Shown here in pieces: positions 50,165 to 58,322 of a stretch of DNA of 64,000 bases. Positions within the stretch are counted from its first letter, which is position 1, and each line of letters starts with the position of its first letter. The stretch is from an uncultured Rickettsiales bacterium (GTDB lineage: Bacteria; Pseudomonadota; Alphaproteobacteria; Micavibrionales; GCA-2720935): the NCBI GenBank assembly GCA_950054255.1, contig CATLOR010000002.1, forward strand, positions 143,106 through 207,105, written 5' to 3'. The notes beneath the pieces are model-generated. The model saw only the letters and a list, made by a program, of their open reading frames with translations, made no database searches and was not told the origin of the DNA. The translations under genes and the position numbers were made by a program.

Positions 50165-50329
50165 TTAGTTTTTACTGCCGCAGCAACCTCCTTGTTTTTC
50201 AGCCTTGTCTGTGTCCGGCTTTTTGGCTTCGCCGTCACAGCAACCGTCTTTTTCTTTTTCCGGCTGGCTGTGATCGTGATGTTTATCGCCGCCGCAACAG
50301 CCGCCGTCTTTGTGATCGTGATGGGTCAT
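50165..50329 (-). CDS. 54-aa Cys-Cys/His-rich putative metal-binding peptide (not in the ORF track)
   Basis: Hand translation: MTHHDHKDGGCCGGDKHHDHSQPEKEKDGCCDGEAKKPDTDKAEKQGGCCGSKN. The ATG overlaps the ICMT stop (ATGA). AAGGAG lies ~9 nt upstream. The stop abuts the APC start codon. Confidence 0.55.
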   Translation of the reverse strand: MTHHDHKDGGCCGGDKHHDHSQPEKEKDGCCDGEAKKPDTDKAEKQGGCCGSKN

Positions 50330-50988
50330 GATGATGCTCCTTTAGTGGTTGGGGTTGATGAAAACTTGGGAATAAAGGCCGGAACATGGGCGGCGTAATC
50401 GTCCCATGCCTTGCCGAAACGCTCCCTTGAATCCTGCTCTTCTTTTTTGGCCAGCCGGATATACATGAAAGTCAAAATCGGGAACAGCACCACGGTCGGG
50501 ATGGTCGGCCATTGCAGCAAAAACCCGAACATAATGGCGATAAAGCCGATATATTGCGGGTGCCGGACTTTTTGATATAAGCCCGCGACCGCCATTTTTC
50601 CGGCGCGTTGAGCTTTGAATAAAACAGGCCATGCCGCCGAGAGAACCCAGAAACCGCCGCCAATAAAGACAAAGCTGGCGAGATGCATCGGATCAAAGTG
50701 CGGGTTGCCTTCAAAGCCCAGGATTGTGTTCCAGAGATGCCCGTTTTCGTGCGTTGTAAAATCAACGCCTGGGTATTTCTCTGCCAGCCAGCCGGACATG
50801 AGATAGATGGTCAGCGGGAAGCCGTACATTTCCGTGAACAGCGCCACCAGAAAACCGGAGAACGCGCCGAAGCTGCGCCAGTCGGCCTTGGTCTGCGGTT
50901 TGGCAAAGCTGAAAGCAAAGATAATGAAAATCAGCGAGTTTAAAATAACCAGGCTCCAGAGGCCGTATGATTGCATTGCATGTTCCAT
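50326..50988 (-). CDS. isoprenylcysteine carboxyl methyltransferase (ICMT)/PEMT-family membrane methyltransferase (CzcN/NccN-like)
   Basis: 220 aa, multi-TM. GLYQKVRHPQYIGFIAIMFGFLLQWPT is the family signature. Confidence 0.75.
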   Translation of the reverse strand: MEHAMQSYGLWSLVILNSLIFIIFAFSFAKPQTKADWRSFGAFSGFLVALFTEMYGFPLTIYLMSGWLAEKYPGVDFTTHENGHLWNTILGFEGNPHFDPMHLASFVFIGGGFWVLSAAWPVLFKAQRAGKMAVAGLYQKVRHPQYIGFIAIMFGFLLQWPTIPTVVLFPILTFMYIRLAKKEEQDSRERFGKAWDDYAAHVPAFIPKFSSTPTTKGASS

Positions 50989-50991
50989 GAT

Positions 50992-51237
50992 TTAGTCCTC
51001 TTTATCCTTGTCTTTATGATCGCCATGCCCGCCGTGACTGCCATGCATAAACACATGGATCAAAGGGCAAGCCAGCAGGATCAGCCATATCCAGTTATTG
51101 CCGATATGCGCGGCATGTTCCTGAATGAGAAGATACGCGGCCACCGCGAAAAAGAAGATGCACGCCATGCCGAACGGTGTTTTCCACCATGGCTTGGTCT
51201 TCTCCGGTTTGTGGTAATGCTCGTGCTCGTGATCCAT
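50992..51237 (-). CDS. DUF2933-family small membrane protein, His-rich
   Basis: 81 aa, two TM. LLACPLIHVFMHGSHGGHGDH matches the DUF2933 pattern as I remember it. Confidence 0.65.
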   Translation of the reverse strand: MDHEHEHYHKPEKTKPWWKTPFGMACIFFFAVAAYLLIQEHAAHIGNNWIWLILLACPLIHVFMHGSHGGHGDHKDKDKED

Positions 51238-51240
51238 TGT

Positions 51241-51663
51241 TTAATCTCCTTTGTGCTTATGATTTGAATGTAAAAACGTAACTATCGGGCAATCGCTCAA
51301 AGGCAGATCGCCGCCTGGACACTCCGCCGCCAGATCTTCGAGGCTTCTTTTCATCGCCATAAGATCCTCGATATCTTTTTGGGCTTCGGTAATTTTGGTT
51401 TCTGTAAGATCCAGCATGTCCTGCGCAGTACCGCCGTCTGATGCGTGTAATTCAAGAAGGGATTGGATTTCCGAGAGCTTAAAGCCCAAAGACTTAGCGC
51501 GTTTGATGAAGGCTACCCGCGCGACAGACGCAGCATCATAAAGTCTGTAGCCAGAACTTGTCCGACCAACAGGCTCGATGAGCTTCAGCGTTTCATAATA
51601 ACGGATCGTATCCGTTCTCACGCCGCTTTCTCTTGCTAATTGTCCAATCGTCATATCTGCCAT
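51241..51663 (-). CDS. MerR-family heavy-metal-responsive regulator (CueR/HmrR-like)
   Basis: N-terminal wHTH (MTIGQLARESGVRTDTIRYYE), dimerisation helix, C-terminal metal loop CPGGDLPLSDCP. No Cys at the position that typifies divalent-metal sensors. Confidence 0.85.
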   Translation of the reverse strand: MADMTIGQLARESGVRTDTIRYYETLKLIEPVGRTSSGYRLYDAASVARVAFIKRAKSLGFKLSEIQSLLELHASDGGTAQDMLDLTETKITEAQKDIEDLMAMKRSLEDLAAECPGGDLPLSDCPIVTFLHSNHKHKGD

Positions 51664-51686
51664 TATTCAATCCTTATATTTGGGAG

Positions 51687-51716
51687 CGTATACCTTGGAG
51701 TATGCTCCAAGGTCAA
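51687..51716 (-). promoter_or_regulatory. MerR-type operator/promoter
   Basis: Minus strand reads TTGACC-TTGGAGCATACTCCAAGG-TATACG. There is a perfect 9-bp dyad ACCTTGGAG-N4-CTCCAAGGT (51692-51713) overlapping the -35, with an 18-19 nt spacer. The layout parallels the E. coli PcopA CueR site (TTGACCTTCC...GGAAGGT). Confidence 0.65.
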
Positions 51717-51720
51717 GCCC

Positions 51721-52296
51721 TTAATGCGGATGCCCGCTGTGATCATCGTGATCACCTTGATCACCGTGCGGGTCTGCTTCTGCCGCGCCGTGGTGTCCTG
51801 CGCCAGCATCCTCACCATGCGCGTGGCTTCCATGACCGCCATCGCCAGAGATTTCCGGCATACGCATCACGCCCATGCCGTGGCGGTAAACGACTTCGCC
51901 GCCCTTATATCCGGTCACGGCCAACAAGCCGGAGGCCAGCAAGATCAAAACAACAAAGCCGGAGCTGACGGATTTTGCGCCGCGATGTTTGGCCAGCGAC
52001 CATATCGCCAGAACGCCGAATATGGACGCTGTTACCAGCGCCCAATTCTTATGGTCAGTCATGGCCGCGTGGGATGGGCCGTCATGCGCCACGGTGTTAT
52101 AGGCATAGAAACCAGCCAAAACCGTACCGACTGTGATGCCAGCACCAATCCAGAGATTCCACCGCGCGACAATCAGAAGGTTCGGCCTCCTTAAAACCAG
52201 TCCGGCCAGATAAAGCAGCGATGACAGGCTTAAGAGTGCCACCGTGAAATGCACAAAGATTGGGTGCCAATTTGGTATGATTTCTATGTCCATCAT
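51721..52296 (-). CDS. DUF2231-family membrane protein with His-rich C-terminal tail
   Basis: N-terminal NWHPIFVHFTVAL motif, 4 TM, tail GGHGSHAHGEDAGAGHHGAAEADPHGDQGDHDDHSGHPH. Confidence 0.6.
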   Translation of the reverse strand: MMDIEIIPNWHPIFVHFTVALLSLSSLLYLAGLVLRRPNLLIVARWNLWIGAGITVGTVLAGFYAYNTVAHDGPSHAAMTDHKNWALVTASIFGVLAIWSLAKHRGAKSVSSGFVVLILLASGLLAVTGYKGGEVVYRHGMGVMRMPEISGDGGHGSHAHGEDAGAGHHGAAEADPHGDQGDHDDHSGHPH

Positions 52297-52311
52297 TGTT
52301 TTAGTCCTCTC

Positions 52312-53013
52312 TTAGTGTTGGTGATCGCCATGACCAGCTTCCGGCGTCATAATTTTTGTGATCCGGTAAACCTTGTCTTCGCCAAGCTCTACATGAAAAT
52401 GAATGTCCTGTTCTGGCTTCAAAGTGCTCAAATCAACACCCTCTGCCACTGCTAAATCCATAGTCATTTCAGGCCATTTCAAAGCTGGTATAGGTTCATG
52501 CGTAAGGTTGAGTTTATTATTCTCAGCATCAATGCTGTGAACCACACCCTTACCCATGACCGCTACGCTATCTTCTGACATATCATGGCCAGAATGATCC
52601 ATTTTCCCATGGCTTGAATGATCCATAGGCATTTGCTTAATTTTTTGTTCTTGGGTGTTATTAAAAACGTAGTTTTTCATCGTTTCCTCGCTCTCGAAAT
52701 AATAAACATTGTTACTTGAATCTACGGCAATAACAGCTTCGGCTTTATCAACTGAATTACCACTTACAGGGTCAATAGCTGAGCGTATTGCTTCATCATT
52801 TTTCAGTCTTTCCTCGCACATTGAGCAACATCCGTAATAAGTCTTATCTCCTACTGGAACGGAAATTTGCTCTTTATCAAAAACGCTGTCATTCACCATG
52901 CAAATGTATTTTGATTCAACGATCTTGAGCTGGTTTTTACTCATTGAAGTGTCTTCTGCCGCTATAGCGGGAAAAGCTATAAATGCCATTAGTAATGTTA
53001 ATATTATTTTCAT
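52312..53013 (-). CDS. periplasmic YHS/TRASH-like plus CusF-like Cu(I)/Ag(I)-binding fusion protein
   Basis: Signal peptide MKIILTLLMAFIAFPAIA. YYGCCSMCEERL (YHS-like). C-terminal GVVHSID...ALKWPEMTMDL reproduces the CusF His/Trp/Met-x-Met site. Start set at 53013 (ATGA overlap with the upstream gene). Confidence 0.7.
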   Translation of the reverse strand: MKIILTLLMAFIAFPAIAAEDTSMSKNQLKIVESKYICMVNDSVFDKEQISVPVGDKTYYGCCSMCEERLKNDEAIRSAIDPVSGNSVDKAEAVIAVDSSNNVYYFESEETMKNYVFNNTQEQKIKQMPMDHSSHGKMDHSGHDMSEDSVAVMGKGVVHSIDAENNKLNLTHEPIPALKWPEMTMDLAVAEGVDLSTLKPEQDIHFHVELGEDKVYRITKIMTPEAGHGDHQH

Positions 53014-53480
53014 TGGTTTTTCTCCTTTAAGGTTATGGTTGGTAAATGAACATCCCACAGCTTTTGCACTGCAAAATATGTCACCATGACAGACCATCCA
53101 ATCAGAACCAGGCCGTTTAAAACCTGAACTCCAGTGATGAACTGCATAGCTCCATGTGGAAAAACATCGCCTATACCAAGCGATGAATAAGTGGCGGCTG
53201 AAAAATATATGTAGCCAAAAAAATTATCGTGGGCGATACCGCTTAATGGCTCTGCTCCAAAAGTGTGCACCATTACCCAATAGACTGTGCCGTAAATCCA
53301 AACAGCTACCGTATGGGCAGAAAAAATCGCAACAACTAGGAAGAACATTAAAGGACGATTTCGCAAATTGCGTTTTGCAATAATCCGCAACACAACCCCT
53401 AATATTTCATAAAAAATAGAAGTCGTTAAAAGCACTAAAGCAATACTAATGAAGATAGCTACAGACATATTCTCATACAT
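53010..53480 (-). CDS. two-TM ion-channel (Ion_trans_2-like) protein
   Basis: 156 aa. Pore-loop-like YFSAATYSSLGIGDVFP (a variant of the TxGYGD filter) between TM helices. Confidence 0.5.
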   Translation of the reverse strand: MYENMSVAIFISIALVLLTTSIFYEILGVVLRIIAKRNLRNRPLMFFLVVAIFSAHTVAVWIYGTVYWVMVHTFGAEPLSGIAHDNFFGYIYFSAATYSSLGIGDVFPHGAMQFITGVQVLNGLVLIGWSVMVTYFAVQKLWDVHLPTITLKEKNQ

Positions 53481-56400
53481 TAGGCACTCTCCATTTTTGA
53501 ATTACTAAAGCGCCGGCCTTCCCAGAGATAATAGATAACGGGAATAACGATCAGGGTGAGCAGCGTGGTGGTGATCATGCCGCCGACCATCGGCAGAGCG
53601 ATGCGGCGCATCACATCCGCGCCAAGTCCGGCGAAAATGAAGATCGGCAGCAATCCGGCGAATTCGGTAATCACCGTCATCAATACAGGCCGGATGCGCA
53701 TCAACGCGCCTTCAAAGACCGCTTCGCTGAGTTGCTCTTTAGTGGCGGGGCTGGTTTCGCGCACACGCAGATCGATATAAACCATCATGATCGTGGCGGT
53801 TTCGACCGCCAGCCCGCCGAGCGCGATAAAGCCCACTCCGGCGGCAACGGAGAGATTATAATCCGCCAGATAAATCGCCCACATCCCGCCGACCATGGCC
53901 ACAGGCAGCGAGAGCATCACCATCAGCGTCCGGTCGGTGCGTCCGAAATAAATCATCAGCAAAACAAAGATGGCAAAGCCAGCGGCGGGGATGGCGATAG
54001 AGAGCTGTTTTTTCGCCTCCAGCATCTGTTCAAACTGGCCTGACCATTCCACGGCATAGCCCGCAGGAAGATCGACATTATCGCGCACGGCGATTTGCGC
54101 GTCTTTCACATAGGAGCCGATATCGCGGTCCTCAATATCGACAAAGACCCAGCCTGTCAGCCGTGCATTTTCCGACTTGATCATTGGCGGGCCTTCGACG
54201 AATTCGATCTTCGCCAGCTCACCCAGCGGGATATGCTGGCCTTGGGGTGTGGGGACTAAAATATCAGATAGATCCTCTGGGTCTTCGCGAAACGGGCGGT
54301 CATAGCGCAGCATGATGTTATAGCGCTCACGCCCCTGAATGGATTCGGACATTTTCATTCCACCGAGCGCGGTGCCGATAATATTCTGGAATACGCCCAG
54401 ATCAATATTGCGCCGCGCCAGTTCGTCTCTGTCTGGGGTCACTTCCAGATATTTCCCGCCTGTAACGCGGTCGGCAAAAGCGGAGCGTGTGCCATCAACG
54501 TCTTTGATCGCAGCCTCAATATCCAAAGCCACGCGGCCTATGGTGTCGAGATGATCGCCGGAAATTTTAATGCCGATGGGCGTGCGGATTCCCGTCGAGA
54601 TCATATCCATACGGATTTTGATCGGATAGCCCCATGAATTGACTACCCCAGGCAATTTGACGCGGGCATTCATATCCTTGATCAAATCCTCCGGCGTCAT
54701 GCCTTTACGCCAGTCCTCGCGCGGTTTGAGTTTGATCCATGTCTCGATCATCGAAATCGGTGCCGGATCCGTGGCGGTATCAGCGCGGCCAACCTTGCCG
54801 AATACGTGATGGACTTCCGGCACATCCTTGATCATGCGGTTGGTCTGCTGCAGGATTTCCTTGGCCTTGGTGATCGACACCCCAGGCAAAGTGGTCGGCA
54901 TATAAAGCAATTCGCCCTCATACAGCGCGGGCATGAATTCCGAGCCTGTGCGCATAATCGGCACGGCCATGCTTGCGATCAAGGCAATGGTGACAATAAT
55001 TGTCAGCGCGGGTTTGGCCAGCACATGGCGCAGGAGCGGACGGTAGAGCTTTAATAGCCCCGCATTGACCGGATTGACTTCGGCCTTTTTGATTTTACCG
55101 CGCAGCATCCATAGCATAAGGATCGGAATGACCGTCACCGATAAAATGGCGGCAAAGCCCAGCACATAGGTCTTGGTGAAGGCCAGCGGTGAAAACAGGC
55201 GGTAGGATTGCCCTGTGAGCGCCAGTACAGGAAGGAAGGAGATCGTGATAATCAGCAGCGAGAAAAACAGCCCAGGGCCGACTTCCTTGGCGGCATCCAG
55301 TATGGCTTTGTGCCTTTGGTCTTTTGGCGCATCCTCCGATAGCTCCGCCAGCTTCCTGTGCGCGTTTTCGACCATGACAATCGAGGCATCCACCATTGTC
55401 CCAATCGCAATCGCAATCCCGCCCAGCGAGACGATATTGGCGGTGATGCCTTGCGCCGACATAATGATAAATGCGCCCAAGACGCCAAGCGGCAGCACAA
55501 TCAGCGCGACAAAGGCCGAGCGGACATGCAGCAAAAAGATAAACACGACCAGCGAGACAATAATCGCCTGTTTGATCAGCGTGTCGGTGAGATAATTCAC
55601 AGCGCCTTCAATCAGCGGGGCGCGGTCATAAACAGGGACGATCTCCACGCCTTCGGGCAGGCCTTGCTGCAGCTCGGCCAGTTTTTCTTTTACGCCCTCA
55701 ATCACATGCAAAGCGTTCTCGCCGGCCCGCATCACAACAACGCCAGCCACGACTTCACCTTCGCCGTTTAGCTCGGTCACGCCGCGCCGCAGCTCCGGCC
55801 CCTCAATCACGCGGGCAACATCCTCCAGCTTCACAGGGGTGCCGTCTCTGGCATAGAGAACAATCTTTTTAAGCTGGCTGATATCGGTGACATAGCCTTT
55901 GGAGCGGATCATCAGCTCCATCTCAGCTTTTTCAATGACGCGGCCTCCGGCATCCATACTGGCGCTTTTAACCGCTTCCATTAGGCGCTTTAAGGGAATA
56001 TCAAAGGCACGGAGACGGTTGGGATCAATGAGGATCTGGTATTCTTTGACAAACCCGCCGACCGAGGCCACCTCCGATACGCCGTCCACGGTCGCCAGCT
56101 CGAATTTTAAAAACCAGTCCTGCAAACTGCGCAGATCAGAGAGATCATGATCGCCGCTTTTATCAATCAGCGCATATTGATAGACCCAGCCCACACCTGT
56201 GGCATCGGGGCCGATCTGCGGCACGACATTGGGCGGCAGATCGCCCTGAATTTTGGACAGCGCCTCGATCACGCGGCTCCGCGCCCAATACTGGTCGATT
56301 TTGTCTTCAAAAATGATATAGACAAAGGATGTGCCGAACATCGAAAACCCGCGCACATTTTTGGTTTCCGGTAGCCCTAACATCGTGGTCGAGAGCGGAT

Positions 56401-56644
56401 ATGTGACCAGATCCTCAACAATCTGCGGTGACTGCCCGACAAAATCGGTGCGGATAATCACCTGCGTATCCGACATATCGGGGATGGCATCCAGCGGGGT
56501 TTTCTGCACCGCCAGAATGCCCGCCACCAATAATGCGATCATCATCACAATAATCAGCAACTGGTTATTGACCGAATACTCAATGACTTTCGCCACAAAG
56601 GATTGCGAGGGGTCGCGCGTCTGGTTTGGATCAGTGGTTGGCAT
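53480..56644 (-). CDS. cusA: heavy-metal efflux RND pump CusA (Cu+/Ag+)
   Basis: 1054 aa. The N-terminus aligns closely with E. coli CusA from memory (DAIPDMSDTQVIIRT...PQIVEDLVTYPL...VRGFSMFG...YWARSRV...GPDATGVGW). All three CusA Met-triad contexts are conserved (LLYMPTT, ISMIETW, RMDMISTG). Confidence 0.9.
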   Translation of the reverse strand: MPTTDPNQTRDPSQSFVAKVIEYSVNNQLLIIVMMIALLVAGILAVQKTPLDAIPDMSDTQVIIRTDFVGQSPQIVEDLVTYPLSTTMLGLPETKNVRGFSMFGTSFVYIIFEDKIDQYWARSRVIEALSKIQGDLPPNVVPQIGPDATGVGWVYQYALIDKSGDHDLSDLRSLQDWFLKFELATVDGVSEVASVGGFVKEYQILIDPNRLRAFDIPLKRLMEAVKSASMDAGGRVIEKAEMELMIRSKGYVTDISQLKKIVLYARDGTPVKLEDVARVIEGPELRRGVTELNGEGEVVAGVVVMRAGENALHVIEGVKEKLAELQQGLPEGVEIVPVYDRAPLIEGAVNYLTDTLIKQAIIVSLVVFIFLLHVRSAFVALIVLPLGVLGAFIIMSAQGITANIVSLGGIAIAIGTMVDASIVMVENAHRKLAELSEDAPKDQRHKAILDAAKEVGPGLFFSLLIITISFLPVLALTGQSYRLFSPLAFTKTYVLGFAAILSVTVIPILMLWMLRGKIKKAEVNPVNAGLLKLYRPLLRHVLAKPALTIIVTIALIASMAVPIMRTGSEFMPALYEGELLYMPTTLPGVSITKAKEILQQTNRMIKDVPEVHHVFGKVGRADTATDPAPISMIETWIKLKPREDWRKGMTPEDLIKDMNARVKLPGVVNSWGYPIKIRMDMISTGIRTPIGIKISGDHLDTIGRVALDIEAAIKDVDGTRSAFADRVTGGKYLEVTPDRDELARRNIDLGVFQNIIGTALGGMKMSESIQGRERYNIMLRYDRPFREDPEDLSDILVPTPQGQHIPLGELAKIEFVEGPPMIKSENARLTGWVFVDIEDRDIGSYVKDAQIAVRDNVDLPAGYAVEWSGQFEQMLEAKKQLSIAIPAAGFAIFVLLMIYFGRTDRTLMVMLSLPVAMVGGMWAIYLADYNLSVAAGVGFIALGGLAVETATIMMVYIDLRVRETSPATKEQLSEAVFEGALMRIRPVLMTVITEFAGLLPIFIFAGLGADVMRRIALPMVGGMITTTLLTLIVIPVIYYLWEGRRFSNSKMESA

Positions 56645-58322
56645 GTGCGCCTCCTGCGGGCATTTCGGTTATTTCAGGGGCTTCGGCCTCTACCTTGTCC
56701 GGCCAGTCGATTTTCATCGGATGACCTTCGCCGTACGGGTTCTCAACCTCATCGCCCAGCTGGAGCCAATAGGTGTCCAGACCGTGCGCCATATAGAATT
56801 GCAGCCCTTTGGATTTATAGTGCTGGGGTTTGCCCTCCAGCAGCCATGGTTTGAGCGCTGTGACCAGATTATTCAGGCTGTTCTGCCATTCCTTATCGGT
56901 CACATTGTCCTGTGCGGCTTTGAGTGCCATTTCCGCATCTTCCAAAACAAACTGCAGCTTGGTGCCACGGAAGACGGGCATCAAATGATCGCCCAGCGTG
57001 ATGGCGGGCATAATCATATTCGGATTGGGTGTGCGTCCGGTCGTCAGCTCTTTTTGGATATAAATGGCGGCATCAATCAGATGGTCGATCATCGCCAGCT
57101 GGTCATCCGTCATGTCTAAAAGAGCAAGCGGCATCTGCATGCGCTGCATTTTGCGGAAGGATTCCCGCAAGGCACTTTCAGAGTCGATCAGGAATTGTCC
57201 GCTGACCACCACCTTGTCTTTTTCAGCCAAGCCGTCCAGCACTTCCGTGCGGCCTTTATATTTCAATCCGGCCAGAATTTTGCGCGGCTGGAAGCGCCCC
57301 TGATCCATGGCCACCACCACAAAGTCGCCGTCCTTGCTTTTAAGAATAGCATCGCCTGGGATGGACAAACGGCGATCAACGCCTGTTTCCAGCTCCACAT
57401 CGGCGTAAGCGCCAGGCTTTAATTTGCCGTCCGCATTATCCAGCACCAGCCGGATCCGGCCTGTGCGCGTGGCGCGGTCAATCGTGGGATAGATATAATC
57501 AATGGCGGCTTCTTTTTCTTTTACCCCAAGGGCTGGGAGAGAGACCATCGCCTTTGTCTCTTTGGTAATATACGGGATATCCTGCTCGGCCACGCTGACA
57601 TCAACCCAGACCGTGTCGTAATTTTGCAGGGTCATCAAATTCATACCTGGCTTGGCATAGGTGCCGTCACGCACATTCATCGCACTGACCAGACCGTCAC
57701 TTTCCGCGTAGTACGGGACGCTTTGAAAGGCTTTGCGGCGGCTCTTGACCTCTTCGATGGCGCGTTTTTGCATGCCTAAAGACACGAGGCGCTTGGCGGC
57801 GGAGTCAATCCGGCCTTTATAGCCTGTGGCAATAGCGCTTATCAAATCCTGCTGCGCAGAAATCAGCGCCGGGCTGTAGAGATTAAAAAGCAGATCGCCT
57901 TTTTTCACTTCATCGCCCATGGCCTGGACTTTCAAATCCTCGACCCAGCCTTCCACGCGGGCGGAGATATCAAATTGCAGCCGGACATTTTCCGTCACAT
58001 CGCCATAGCTGCGCACCAAGGTGCCAAAGCTGGCCATCTGCGCTTCCTCGGTGCGGATGCCTGTATTCTGGATCGTTTCAGGGTCGATGGTGACGGTGGT
58101 GCGTTCCATACCGCCTTTATCACTTTTATCCATGCTTTCCATGGCTGCGCCGTCATCTTCACCTTCCAACTCCACCAGATCCATGCCGCAAATCGGGCAT
58201 GTGCCTGGGCGATCTGCGACATAATGCGGATGCATGGGGCATGTGTATTGTTCGGCTTGCGCTATCGCGGGGACGGCAAATAAAGCCAGTATTAAAAAGA
58301 ATGCGGGGATAAACTGTCTCAT
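56631..58322 (-). CDS. cusB: RND periplasmic adaptor CusB-like, with N-terminal CPMHP...CPICGM metal-binding motif and extended C-terminal domain
   Basis: Signal peptide. [24 protein letters not shown]. HlyD/MFP barrel-sandwich core. About 150 extra C-terminal residues (DUF3347-like helical region). Confidence 0.85.
   Translation of the reverse strand: MRQFIPAFFLILALFAVPAIAQAEQYTCPMHPHYVADRPGTCPICGMDLVELEGEDDGAAMESMDKSDKGGMERTTVTIDPETIQNTGIRTEEAQMASFGTLVRSYGDVTENVRLQFDISARVEGWVEDLKVQAMGDEVKKGDLLFNLYSPALISAQQDLISAIATGYKGRIDSAAKRLVSLGMQKRAIEEVKSRRKAFQSVPYYAESDGLVSAMNVRDGTYAKPGMNLMTLQNYDTVWVDVSVAEQDIPYITKETKAMVSLPALGVKEKEAAIDYIYPTIDRATRTGRIRLVLDNADGKLKPGAYADVELETGVDRRLSIPGDAILKSKDGDFVVVAMDQGRFQPRKILAGLKYKGRTEVLDGLAEKDKVVVSGQFLIDSESALRESFRKMQRMQMPLALLDMTDDQLAMIDHLIDAAIYIQKELTTGRTPNPNMIMPAITLGDHLMPVFRGTKLQFVLEDAEMALKAAQDNVTDKEWQNSLNNLVTALKPWLLEGKPQHYKSKGLQFYMAHGLDTYWLQLGDEVENPYGEGHPMKIDWPDKVEAEAPEITEMPAGGAHANH

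Noticed and set aside
51633-52194. Plus-strand ORFs (111 and 184 aa) overlapping merR upstream and the DUF2231 gene, plus alternative minus-frame ORFs 50342-50765
   Set aside because: They overlap better-supported genes in other frames. They are high-G+C frame artefacts.
56331-57119. 262-aa plus-strand ORF spanning the cusA/cusB junction, plus other antisense ORFs in cusA, cusB and cusC (e.g. 55358-55771, 58349-58729)
   Set aside because: These are shadow ORFs opposite strongly supported RND, MFP and OMF genes. They have no motifs and no plausible start context.
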